A DNA stretch of 64,000 nt from the NCBI GenBank assembly GCA_965287045.1, contig OZ336890.1, positions 37,820,001-37,884,000 of the forward strand, in the 5' to 3' direction. Shown in pieces: positions 1-12,200 of this stretch. The stretch is from Carcharhinus amblyrhynchos (lineage: Eukaryota). Each line of letters opens with the position of its first letter. Within the stretch, counting starts at the first letter, position 1. Position numbers and translations under genes: made by a program. A model generated the notes under the pieces. The model did no database searches. It was not told where the DNA came from and saw nothing but the letters and a program-made list of their open reading frames with translations.

Positions 1-320
1 AGCCAGCATAATTAAGGACCCCACGCACCCCGGATATTCTCTCTTCCAACTTCTTCCATCAGGAAAGAGATACAAAAGTTGAGGTCAAGTACCAACCGAC
101 TCAAGAACAGCTTTTTACCTGCTGCCATCAGATTTTTGGACAGACCTACCTTGCATTACGTTGATCTTTCTCTACACCCTAGCTATGACTGTGACACTAC
201 ATTCTGCACTCTCTCCTTTCTTTCTCTATGAATGGTATGCTTTGCCTGTCTAGCATGCAAAAAACAGTACTTTTCATTGTAGGTTCATACATGTGACAAT
301 AATAAATCAAATCAAAAATC
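1..320 (+). mobile_element. Rex1/Babar-type LINE 3' end (runs off window start)
   Basis: Translates to ASIIKDPTHPGYSLFQLLPSGKRYKS..TNRLKNSF, the typical Rex1/Babar C-terminus. Ends aataaatcaaatcaaa. Same family at 36440 and 62185. Confidence 0.75.
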
Positions 321-647
321 GAAAAACCACATTAAAAAAATTAAGGACTGATTATTACAGAGTTATGAAGTAGCTGAAAATTGAAGTAATTTTATTGAAT
401 GTAGAAATAAGAAGTTTGGGTGTATTATAGGGCAGTACTCAGATCAAAGAGTGTGAATAACGTCCTGAATTAAAAGTTTGAAGTTTCAGTGATTCTAACT
501 ATCACCAGAGCCTGAAAACAAGATTGCATCATGGAAATCAATCTTCCATATACTTGAAAACAAGTGCACACTATTGAGCTGCAGTAGCTTTTTAGTCTAC
601 TTGCATACTTTTGTAAAGGTGGCAAGTATAATGGCAGACATCAAGTG

Positions 648-1252
648 GCAGCAGCACAGTAGCACCGTGGTTAGCACTGCTGCCTCACAGTACCAGGAAC
701 CTGAATTCAATTCCCAGCTTAGGTCACTGTCTGTGTTGAGTCTGCACGAGTTTGGGCGGCATGGTAGCACAGTGGTTAGCACTGCTGCTTCACAGCTCCA
801 GGGATCTGGGTTCAATTCCCGGCTTGGATCACTGTCTGTGTGGAATTTGCACATTCTCCTTGTGTCTGCGTGGGTTTCCTCTGGGTGCTCCGGTTTCCTC
901 CCACAACCCAAAGGTGTGCGGGTTAGGTTGATTAGTCATGCTAAAATTGCCCCTTAGTGTCCTGGGATGTGTAGGTTAGAGGGATTAGCGGTTAAATGTG
1001 TAGGGATATGGGGATAGGGCCTGGGTGGGATTGTGGTCGATGCAGACTCAATAGGCCGAAGGGCCTGTTTCTCCACTGTAGGGTTCTATGTTATGTCCTC
1101 CCACATTCTGAAAGATGCATTGGCCATGCGAACTTCTCCCTTAGTGTACCTGAACAGGCACCGGAGTGTGGCGATGAGGGGGTTTTCACAGTAACCTCAT
1201 TGCAGTGTTAACGTGAGCCTGCTTGTGACACCAATAAAGAAACTTAAACTTT
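648..1252 (+). mobile_element. V-SINE with type-2 tail, split by an HE1 insertion at about 755-1095
   Basis: tRNA-like head at 648-754. Body and tail resume at 1096 (ctcccacattctgaaag...gcagtgttaacgtgagcctgcttgtgacaccaataaag). Confidence 0.7.
755..1095 (+). mobile_element. HE1-type SINE, full length
   Basis: tRNA head (gtggttagcactgctgc...gggttcaattcccgg), V-domain (gtgtggaatttgcacattctcc...ggtttcctcccaca) and CR1-like tail (ggccgaagggcctgtttctccactgtagggttctatg). Confidence 0.85.
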
Positions 1253-1595
1253 AAAAAGATATAACCGATTAATTCATAAATATGTGGCCAAATAGTGAAT
1301 ATTTTTGTTGCAATCACAACAAGCTTATTAGAAAATAGTTTATCCTAAGCATGGGACCAGCCCATGCTCAACTCAACCACACTAACAAGTTTCTCTACTC
1401 ATAAATAATAAAATGGAAACATGCATTATAATTACATCATTATGTAGTGGAATCTCAACTTTAATCTCCAACTCACATTAGTCTCCCAAATTATGAATGA
1501 AAATCAGCTTTTCATTTGGGAATGGTGTTTCCATTAATAAATTAGCTGGTTCAGACTGAATGAATAATGGCTTGAAACAGTAATTGAAACCATAC

Positions 1596-1747
1596 CTGTT
1601 TAAACTATGAATATCCAAATGTTCCATAACAAACACCGCTCCACCATCAGAGAGGCTGATCACTTTCACTGGTTTTGGTACCCTCACCGTGCTGGTTTTC
1701 AAAATTGCCTCGAGACTTGCCATTTCACCATCAAACATTGTTTTGGC
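1596..1747 (-). CDS. FN3KRP: Fructosamine-3-kinase-related protein, coding exon 2 (152 bp)
   Basis: AKTMFDGEMASLEAILKTSTVRVPKPVKVISLSDGGAVFVMEHLDIHSLN matches FN3KRP. Acceptor cag at 1750-1748 and donor GTATGG at 1595. Phase is compatible with exon 1. Confidence 0.95.
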
Positions 1748-1889
1748 CTGTTTCAAACAATGTGTTTAGTGAGATGATGAACATCAACAAAAAATGTCAA
1801 GAACAAAAATATTAAAGCATCACCAATATCTATCAAACCAATAAAGTTTGAGAGGCCCAGATCCAAAATTTCTGCCTTTGGAGAAGAAA

Positions 1890-2242
1890 GGCACAGTGGT
1901 TAGCACCATTGCCTCTCAGCGCAAGGGACAAAGGTTCAATTCTGGCTTAGGGTAACTGTCTGTGTGGAACTTGCACATTCTCCCCCTGTCTGTGTGGGTT
2001 TCCTCCGAATGCACTGGTTTTCTCCCAGTCTAAAGATGTATAGGTTGGGTGGATTGGCCATGCTAAATTGCCCCTACAGTGTCCATATATGTGTACGTTA
2101 GATGAGTTAGCCATGGTAAATGCACAGTTTATAGGAATAGGGAGCAGGGAGGGCCTGGGTGAGTTGCTCTTTTGGAAATTCGGTGTACACTTGATGGGCC
2201 AAATGGCCTCTTTCTGTACTTAGGGATTCTGTAGTTCTATGG
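1890..2242 (+). mobile_element. HE1-type SINE
   Basis: Head, V-domain and tail (gatgggccaaatggcctctttctgtac...ttctatg) are all present. Confidence 0.8.
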
Positions 2243-2593
2243 AACTCTCATCCTACCTGGAACTCTGACTGTTCTATGGCCCTTACATGCAGAGTTAATT
2301 ATGTGGTGAAACATGCATAAGGTAATCAAAAGTTACTACTTTATCTGTTCATAGTTGGCAAGATTTCATTTTTTTCCTCTGTTCCTGGCAACTGCTAAGC
2401 ACAAGTTTTTGTGACACTGCGGCTGCCCTTATTTCCATCCCTCATGTGCTCTTATAGAATTAACAGAATGCTAGGCATGAGTCAATGCAGTTCCCCCAAA
2501 ATGAGGCACCTAATCTAATACCACTCTCCTGTGTATTTGCTTAAATAATCCTCTTTTTCGAGCATTAATACAAATTCCTATTAAAGAAATCTA

Positions 2594-2846
2594 TAGTAAG
2601 AAGTCTCACAACACCTGGTTAAAGTCCACAGGTTTGTTTAGAATCATGAGCTTTCAGAGTGCTGCTCCTTCCTCAGCTGAGTACAATCCATCTAATCTTT
2701 GGACTGTGGGAGGAAACCAGAGTACACTCACGTAATGAAGGAGCAGTGCTCCGAAAGCTCGTGATTCCAAATAAACCTGTTGGATTTAACCTGGTGTTGT
2801 GAGACTTCTTATTTTGTCTATCCCAGTTCAATGCTGGCATCTCTAC
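2594..2846. mobile_element. Penelope family A hairpin relic (inverted pseudo-LTRs with hammerhead motifs)
   Basis: Inverted arms agtaagaagtctcacaacacc... / ...ggtgttgtgagacttctta plus a one-sided tail. 10-bp TSD aagaaatcta at 2584-2593 and 2847-2856. Homologous to the ends of the coding Penelope at 46108-47668. Confidence 0.8.
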
Positions 2847-2919
2847 AAGAAATCTAAATATCAGCTTTGTGACCGAGAATTCCATATTTTAACCATATTT
2901 TTCTAATGTTCCACTCAAT

Positions 2920-3240
2920 TGTAGAGATTTGAAAGCATGGAAATAGGTCTATGCCAATGTTTATGTTCCACACACTTCCCACCATCCTGTTTCATCTAAC
3001 CCTATCAGCATAACCCTTTTCCTTTCTCTCTTTGGTACTTATCTAGCTTCCTTTTAATAGCATCTATGCTATTCACAACAACTACTCCATGTGGCATCAA
3101 GTTATACATTCTAACCATGCCCTTGAGTGAAGGGATTTCTGCTGAATTCCTTATTGGAATTATGAGAAACTATGACCCCTAATTTTGGACTTAGCCCTGT
3201 CAAATGGATTGGGATTGCTGACTATGTAAAATACTCCAAT
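2920..3240 (-). mobile_element. Old CR1 LINE 3' fragment
   Basis: Reverse-complement resemblance to CR1 3' region (catctaaccctatcagcataacc...atctagcttcc...acattctaacc). Confidence 0.5.
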
Positions 3241-3729
3241 GCTTAATTCATGTCAAACTAACAGGCCTGTAATTCCTCCCACTATTCACTTGACCTAAAC
3301 TTATAACAATAACTACTTTTTTCCAATTTTTCTAGTACGACCCATATGTTCAATGAGCTGTGAACAAAAGTTATTGGAATCTCTACTTCTCATTTACTTG
3401 ACTGTTTTTGGATGCGTTCGATCTGGTTCAGTTAGCTCAGAAATGTGAAAACACCCTTTGCTTTTATAACCATTTCATTAGTGATCTTCATTCTATCTAT
3501 GAGCTTGAATGCATTTATATTTTTCCAGATATCAGGAGGGGATATTATTACTGTTTTCTGTATTGAAAGCTGATATAAGAAAACATAAAATTCCCACTTG
3601 ACTCACTTTCAAAATGCCCATTTTTTTGGTAACACTTTGCATTTGTGTGTCAATGTCTTTGTGTTTTTGTTTAGCAAAGTCTTTTAATATATTTATATCT
3701 AATTCTATGTAATTTTGTGAAAGGTCTTG

Positions 3730-4030
3730 TGGTGCATTGTGTTGTGTTCCTGCCTCTGAGCCAGAAGCTCCAATTTTGAGTCCCACTCCAAGGCTTGATG
3801 CCATGGAAAGCGCATTCAAAATGTGGCCAAACAGGTTGCTTGCCAGCTGGTAAATCCTTCCTATATATCAATGGGCAGGCATGAGTGGCAGAGACCCTTG
3901 TCAGCCATGCCTGATGCAGAGTGGTACCCCTCAAGTTTTGGCTGCTGGCAACCTGTTCCAGCAAAAATTAGCCATGGAAACAGACATAAGTATATGCTTT
4001 GCCTGTCTCACATGCCACTAGGCATTGGGA
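3730..4030 (+). mobile_element. Old tRNA-head SINE-like element, family unassigned
   Basis: Begins with a tRNA-like segment (cctgcctctgagccagaag...ttgagtcccactcca) followed by an unrelated body. Confidence 0.35.
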
Positions 4031-6837
4031 AGTTCTAGGATCACATATTTTCATTTTTCAGTTAACCTTCCTATTTTCTTTTACTGTTTTCTCATTTCCC
4101 TATTTAGATCATTCTGCTAATGCAACCTGATAATGTGGATTTCCTATAATTTAACACATAGACATTTATTTAACAAATAAAAGATTGCAACTATAATTCA
4201 TGACAAAAATTGTTACAACTTTCAACCTATTATACAAATTGAAGTATCAAGAGCATGGGTTTTATTCGAACACATGTAACTGCTTGGATTTCCTACCATG
4301 CCAAAATTACAACAGCTCATGGTTAAAAATAAGAAAATCAATGTAGAATAGGTCCGTTCAGAGTTTAAGTTTGTTAAAATTGGTAATTTATTACCATTTT
4401 CTCGGACTCTGCTAAAACATTAATAGGTTGCCAACTGGATGTGAAATGACTACACTTTGCATCATCCCAAGGCAGGAAGCTGTGTGGGAAAGTTTTGGCG
4501 AGAATCCATTTTCTGCTCGTCTGTATCTACGTACGATTGAGCATAGTGGGCCTTCAGTACAAGATTTTAAAAAATCTGTGACTGAGTCATTCAATTATAG
4601 ACTATAAGCATGTTCGATTTTACAGGTACCTCATTATTTCTTTTGCTATTAATAACAGAATATATTTTATATAGAGAGCTGCAAGTTTGTTTTGGAAACT
4701 GGTTGAAACATTGAAAGCTTTTAGAAAATGTGATTTAGTTATGGAATCTTCCCATTAGCCAAAAATTTGCATTTATACAAAGTTTATAGCATATTTCAGA
4801 CATAACTCAATAGCTTGTGGACAAATAATTCCCTAAAAATGCTTCTTTTGGCTAGGAAGATGACTGCGGCATGTGCAGAAAGCCATCACCAGTTTTGAGT
4901 GGGCAGAACAAGTTGCCAACATCAGCAACATTTTTTATCTTCAGAAGGCATACACCCTTCCTATACAGGGCTACACTGCATCAAAGTCTAGGGAGTGATA
5001 AACGTAGATTAGCCAAACGAAAGCTTAGAGGAATTTTTGAGCGTGTATACAAGTGTAGGATCGTAACTAGCAAAAAGCACATTTCTTTCCAGGGCCAAGC
5101 ACCATTTGCCCAGTGAAAAGAAGTCCCTCTGTTGGCAAACTGGCCTGCAATGTTATCTGGAGCTGAACAAGAATACCAAATTCTAATGATAGTTCAACTT
5201 CTCCAGGATCCATTTGAGAACCAGGCTGGCTGGCCACTGACCCAGCAAGAGGACCCTGAAATAATGTAAATCTACAGGTTGGAAAACAGATTACAGAAGT
5301 TGTTCTACAGGGCAATCTTGGTCTCAAACTTCTATCACCAGGCATGTCATCTTAGAGTTACCTTCATTTCCAAGAGATTCCACATAGTTATCTCCCTTCA
5401 AGGAGTACAGTCACTGGATGCCCATTGAACAACTGATAAGTGCCAGTAACTAACTAAGCAGCAGAAACAAAGAGCTGAATTTAATAGAGGTGATGGGGTT
5501 CTTGCTTGTCGGTGCCCTGTCTCACCAAGTAATGAATGCCAAGCACTTAACTACATAGCAATGGACCTTTCCAGGATCAAAGACCCCAGAGGTGGAAGTC
5601 CCAACCATTGATCTGCCAGACAAGCAGAAACCGGCATTGCTACTGAAATATTGCACCATCCAAGAGTTAGTGGCTGCTGCTGGTAGGGTCTGAGGACTCG
5701 GATTATTACTGGATACCAGGTGAGTGATAGCAAGAGCTAGGGTGGGGTCACAGAATAAGGGAGTCAGCAGCAGAAGTAGCAGGTGGGGTCAGCAGTACGG
5801 GAGTCTACAGCAAAAGTAAGGAGTAGATTCACAATGAGCCCCTGCACCCCATTGCCAAGTCCCTCAATCAGGCACTGAGATGCTTTGAACAAGGGAGCCC
5901 CCTCGACGTTTGCAGACGAACATGCCAGCGGTTGCTTTTTGGGCTCCCTCATGAAAATACCCTGCTCACTACTTGGTTAATACCAGCGGTCGAAGTTTGG
6001 AGCACTTACTTGGGCTATAATGAGGTGGAGGCAGAAAGACGGTGAGGTCCTATCCACCACCCTGCTGGCTGACTAAATGCCCGAGCAGCTCACCAAAAGT
6101 TGTAATTTTTGAAATCTATAGTTAGAAGTGAATTACTTAGCGCATTGAGGGAGTTAGGTCATGTTCTTAACTCCCTGATGTGGCTCGTTGGCATCCTTAA
6201 GCAATGAATTACTGTGAAAGTAAATTCACAGCACAGACTATGATTCAGTTACAAACACACTGACTAGTCAGGAAACGAGTTTGAGTATTTACCACAGTTG
6301 CAAAGATTTTTTTAAGAAAGGGTACTGTATGTTCTTTCAATAGTCATACACACCACTACCTGTAAACAACCCCTACCCCATCCAGAAACATTCTCACAGA
6401 TGTTCCACAACCTATACTCTATATTGGATTTTACAGTAGATTCCAGCTGTAAAACTGAATTGCGTCAACAAACAAAATATCACCACTATGCTAAACTATC
6501 ACAAACTGAAATTAGCTACAATTGTGATAAAGAAACATGGTTATATTTATCCAAAGGACAGAGGTGCTATGTATAAATTAAATACTTAGCTTACGAGGAC
6601 TTTTTAAAATCTGTTCAAATTTTGCAGGACAAAGTGAAAATTAAGTGTCCATTTTGCCAAGTTCTCGACAAGTATTTGCAAATACAAACTTCAATTCTCA
6701 CCCCACCACAGATTTTATGTTCCTGAGAACTTCTCTCCTTCAGTTTTTGATTAAATCCTTCTTTCAAGTCAGTAAAGACAGTTGATCTGCCTGAATTCAC
6801 TTTTATGTTTAAATTTACTTATATGCTGAAGAATTTG

Positions 6838-7132
6838 GGGCGGCATAGTGGTTAGCACTGCTGCTGCTTAGCGCCAGGGACCTGGGTTCGATTCCCAGGT
6901 TGGGTGACACGTTTTCCCTGTGACTACGTTGGCTTCCACTGGGTGCTCTGGTTTCCTCCCACAGTCCAAAGATGTGCAGGTTAGGTTGATTGGCTATGCT
7001 AAATTGTGCCTTGGTGTCATGGGGTTAACAGGGTAAATAAGTGGGGTTATGGGAATAGGACTGAGATGGATTGCGATTGGTGCAAACTTGATGGGCCAAA
7101 CGGCCTCTTTTTGCACTGTAGGAATTCTATGA
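6838..7132 (+). mobile_element. HE1-type SINE
   Basis: Head gggcggcatagtggttagcactgc...gggttcgattccc, V-domain, and tail ending ggaattctatg. Confidence 0.85.
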
Positions 7133-7769
7133 ATGTTGCACACTGAGAAATTAACAGCGAAGTGGTCTATTTTCACATAAAACAATAACAATCTCTTTAC
7201 TCAAGCTAAATGTAATATAAAATCCATATGAAGGATACTAGAGACTGCAACATATGGCTCGACAAACATTATCCTGATTAAAAAGGCAGGCACATCTACC
7301 CACGAATGTTTATATAACTCCAGCCAACCATTAAGCATGCAGAGCAGCTGTCTCTCGCACTTAAATTCACACCTACCCCATCAACCTGACTGATGCAGAT
7401 CAAAGAATAAAACTGTCTAAATTCTCCAACTACTTCAAGTTTTAAAAGCATCGTTCAAAAAAGTTGGTTATATTATTTTAAATATCTACGGCACCACAAA
7501 AAAACTCCAGTCTTCATCACAAAATGGGTTCAGTTGTAAAAGGCATTCCAGTCCAGTTTTTTTCCCTTTTTTCCAGATTACCACAATTTAACCTTTCTAA
7601 TTCATTTGGCACATTGTTTAGAATGGAACCAAAAATGAAACAGGTCATCTCATCTTCAACAGTGAAGGAATGGTTGAAGTGGTAAATGAGTCTGTTTCCT
7701 CAGTTTTCACTTAAGGTAAAAGTCACACAATTGGATCTTGTCAACGTATTGTTTCGTCTGAAGCAGTCC

Positions 7770-8540
7770 ATGTTCAAATGCAATAAGACTCCTGGATAAT
7801 ATGCAATCTTAGGTTGACAAGTACCATTTGCACCGTGCAAATAGCAGAAAATTACAAACTCCAACAAGAGAGATTCTTAACAGCATCCCTTGACATTCAT
7901 TGGCATTACCATCAGTGAATCCACCCCTACCAATATCCTGGGGGTTCCATTTACTTCAAACTGAACTTTATTAGCCACAAAAATACCATGGCTACAAAGG
8001 CAGGTCAGAAGCTAGGAATCCTGCAGAGACAAACTCACCTGCTGACTCCGCAAAGCTTGCCCGCCCTCCACAAAGCACATCAGGCATGTGATGGAATACA
8101 CTTCACTTGCAGCCTTAGCAACACTCAGGAAGCTTAACACTATGCAGGACAATGCAGCTTGCTTCATTGGTATACCTCCATTACTGGCGCACATGGCAGC
8201 AGTGTGTACCATCTACAGGGTGCACTGCAGCAGTTCACCAAGGCTAGTTAGACACAACCACTACCATCTATAGGACAAGTGTAGCAGATGCATGGAAACA
8301 GTGCCACCTGGAAGTTCCCCTCCAAGGCATCCTGACTTGGAAATATCTTGCCGTTCCTTCACATTGCTGAGTCAAAATCATGGATCTCCCTCCCTAACAG
8401 CATTGTGAATGTACCAAAACCACAAGGACTGTAAGGGTTCAACAAGGAGGCTCACCACGACCTTCTTAAAGACAATTAGGATGGGCAAAAATGCTTGCCC
8501 AGCCACCGATGATGACCACATCCCAAGAATGAATAATTTA
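7770..8540 (+). mobile_element. LINE family X (CR1/L2 group): RT C-terminal fragment and 3' UTR
   Basis: Degenerate ILGV...MEYTSLA...LRKLNTMQDNAACFIG. Tail caattaggatgggcaaaaatgc...catcccaagaatgaat. Copies at 23715, 28905 and 50905. Confidence 0.65.
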
Positions 8541-8954
8541 AAGGACAGTAACATTCAAAAATGACGCCTGGAGATAAATATTGAGAAGTTAAGGACTGAA
8601 AGAAGATAAATTGACAAGTTCAGAAGTACACAGGCCAGAAAGTGGAAGGAAATTGAGGAGATGACTTGATTATAAAAAATTTTTCAAAAAGGTCAAAAGA
8701 AGGGAGGGTTATAAACTTTATAATATTGTTCAAATTAGGGGAAAAACCTAAATTGGGAAAACAATGGTGTATACCTTTTTGACCAAATTCTAATATTTAT
8801 CATAGTAGTCATCTTCCATACTCTTTTTTAGTATTCCTACGGTCATATTTTTGCCTTCTTCCATAAAAAAAACTAAAGCAAAATACTCATTAAACAAGCA
8901 GGAACCCAAAGACAACTAATGAGATGAATAACTAATTAATTTCTTGAGGTTGTG

Positions 8955-9100
8955 CAAGTAGATGAATGAATGTTGCCCAAAACAGTGGGCGTGCTCCCAG
9001 CTCTTCAACAGAAATGCCATAAAATGTTTTGGATTCACCTCAACAGGAACATGGGTCTCGTTGGTACTTCCAGCACTGCAGAACTGACACCGTACTGACA
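8955..9100 (-). mobile_element. DeuSINE (Deu-domain) remnant
   Basis: Resembles the better copy at 35270 (ctcttcaacagaaatgccat...ttcacctcaacagg...ggtctcg). Confidence 0.35.
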
Positions 9101-10029
9101 AATCATTTACGTAAGTAGTAAGAATATCTTTCTTATTCTTCTGGCATAAGAAAAATGGTGTCCGCTATTTATCTCAAAAAAAACTTGTCATCTCTCTGGT
9201 ATGGGTTTTCCTTTCCCTGAAATAAGTTTAAATCAGGTGCTAAAACAAGGCAATCTTCAAGCATGCAGCAGAAGTGATGTCATTAAGCAATGTCAGCAGC
9301 CAGTCACATTGAGGTATTCTCACAGACATATAACCAGGAAATAAATGCACTAATTACTCTTCACTTCTGATTAAACTATATATGTGACACAAAGATGGGA
9401 CTAAGACAGAAATATCACGAAATATTTAACATTAAAAATGTGGAATATTTTATTATAATGGAGAAATTTGACATTCTGCAAATATATAATTAGTTTTTCA
9501 GGACCGGAGAGACTTTTCAACTGTAATTATGAACTTAGTATGCTGTTAAAAACACACTTACATCCCATTCAACAACTTTTGCACAGGTTTTTACAGCAAA
9601 ACTAATAGCATGAGAGAGAAAATTATTGTCAATTCAGTGATTTGCAGTTGATTGCAATCAGGGACTCCAACAGTGTACCCTGAGGGAAGTACGGAATCAC
9701 TGACAACATATTCCTGTGTTTTACTGTGCTTGGTGCAAATTCCAGAATTTGCTGTCAGTTTCAGAAGAGCAATCATGCAAAGTCCATGCTCCGTATATTT
9801 GCTGGCAATGCTAAATTTGGGATCATGATAGGCCTTGAAGAACAATGCAAAGGAAATGCCGCAGGAGAATACAGAGCATTAGGGATCCTAGACGAGGTTC
9901 TTTAAAATTGGAATGCAAGTAGAAAAAGGCATAAATATTCTGGGTTTTAAAACTGAGCCTGAAATACAAAAGGAAATGAAGTTTTTTTTATAATGTTTTA
10001 ATGGGAGTTGGGATATTATATGCAACACA

Positions 10030-12200
10030 TTACATTTGCATTTCATAGCACTTTTAAGGCGAAAACATCCCAAAGTGCTTCACAGAAACATATTTAAAAA
10101 ACTGAACATATTAGAAGGAGCTACCAATGTTCACTGAGAGATGGGTGTAAGATAGGTGATGAAGAAGGAAAGGGAGGTGGAGAAGTAAGTGGACCTAAGG
10201 AGGTAATTCAAGAGCTCGGGGCCTGGGCAACTAAAGGCAAAACTGTCAATGTTGGCGAGATGGAAGGGGATGCACAAGAGTCAAATATACAGAGTTGCAG
10301 GATGGATGTAGGGCTCTAGGAGATAAAGAGATAAGGGGTAAGGCCCATTTAAACATGAGGCAATCACTTTAAATATGAGGTGTTGGAGGACTAGAAACCA
10401 GTTAGAAGTCTGACAAGGATTATGGATAAGCAACAAGGGTTTCAGCAGCATATGAGCTGAGATAAGAAGCAGGTACAGGCAATGTTATAGAAGTAAGCAG
10501 CATCTGTGTTGGAGAGGATATTGAGCCAAGTTCAATTAAGGATCCAAGGGGATGCTAAGGTTGTAAACTGTATGTTTCAGCTGAAAACTGACCAGAGAGG
10601 GGATTGGAATTAGTAGCAGAATATAGTTTGGAAAAGGCTAAGAATGATGTCATCAATCTTCCCAATGTTTAGCTTGAGGAAATTGCAACTCATCCAAAAT
10701 TGGTTGTTGGATAACACTGAAGCAGTTTGACAGGCCAAGAGAAATGGTGGAGAGACAGAGCTGGGTGTTGGCATGGTATATGTGAAAGCTGACAACATGC
10801 CTATGGTTCATGTTGCCAAGAGACAGAACATAGATATGGATGAGAAGAGAGCAAGGGATTCATCCTCAGCAGACACCAAACGTAATGTAGCAGAAGTAGG
10901 ATGTTAAGCCATTTCTGGAAATACTCTTATTACAATTAGATAGCTGTGAATGGGAACAAACCGCTTAGCTGGAGAGACTTTGTGAAGATGATGAGGTCAA
11001 TTATTTTAAGTTTACAATGAGGTGGTGGAGGAATAACATGCCAGTCATTGAAACTGTCATTTGTGACTTTGGTTAGGATCATTTGAGTGCTATGAAAGGA
11101 CTGGAAACCTGATGAAGGTGGATTCCTAAATGAGAAGCAGCAACACATTAAAGCACTTCAGAGATGAAAGAAAAGTTGTAAATGTGGCAGCAGTTTATAA
11201 GGACAGAAGGTTTGAGGTTTTTTGAAGCAAGGCTATTGAAAGGGAGGTTTTGAAAGGGACGGGGATGGTACCTGAGAAAAGGGAAACATTTACAATGTCA
11301 GCTCGCATGAAAAGCAGAAAAAGATGTTGGAATGTCACAATTTATTAGGAATGGGGCTAGGACAGCCAGAAGTGGGTTCAACACTACTGCTGATTTGATT
11401 TGCATGGACAAGTGTACTGGAAGAAAGGGGAAATTTAAAGTCACAGTTGGTGGTGCAGAAAAGAGACCAAGTTATCTTTGCTTTCCAGGGTAATCTTGGA
11501 GTAGCACCTGATTTCAGCAGAAGGTGAGATTCAATAACAGTTGATGTGGCCCAAGCAGATATGTGCCTTTTGGACAAATGAACAAAAGAGAGACCAGGTC
11601 AAGAGTAATGGCTGGATGGAGGTGGAGAAACAGTTGTGTTGTGGGACAAGGACATTAAATATGGGAAGTGAAGGTAGAAATGAGCAAAATCAACAACTGA
11701 ACTATTCCTCAAATGGAGAATCAAAGGCTTGCAGGGAGATTCAAAGTGTGGTTATAAGTAAGTTGGGGGGAGCTTTTGCTAGAGTCAAACACAGACATGG
11801 GAATGGAAGAGGAGGAGGATTTTCATCAGTGTCTAAAGCCATAGGAGAGGCTATGAGAAATGGCAAGTACAAGGGTGGGTCATGAATATTAATAGGAGAA
11901 TTTATTTGAAGCAAGAGAATAGGAGAAGTATTGAAATCAGCATAAAGGGAGGAAAAAGTGATGATGAGTGAAAGGAATGAAGATGAAGAGTTACTCAGTG
12001 CAGAAGTGGAGGGTGGATATCTTGTGGTCAACCTCAGTGTAGGGGATGGGATTTTTGTTTAAGGTGGTGAGAACAAGATTTTCAAAGTAGAATATGATGC
12101 CAAGAGATAGAGCAAGAGACGAAAGTGTGAAATAATGATAAGGGTCAAAGCTCTATTGTGGTAGTTTGGTCAAGGCAGATGGTGTAATGTTTAGTCAGAT
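10030..12200 (-). mobile_element. Old L2 LINE, degraded ORF2
   Basis: L2 3' end (ttgcatttcatagcac...catcccaaagtgcttcacag). Minus-strand peptides WMSCNFLKLNIGK and SGFQSFHSTQMILTKVTND are L2 RT motifs. 5' limit uncertain. Confidence 0.65.

Noticed and set aside
755-830. tRNA genes at SINE 5' ends
   Set aside because: They run straight into V-domain SINE bodies and lack a full acceptor stem.
574-957. 127-aa ORF with an internal repeat, and antisense ORF 597-911
   Set aside because: Translation of two adjacent SINE heads.
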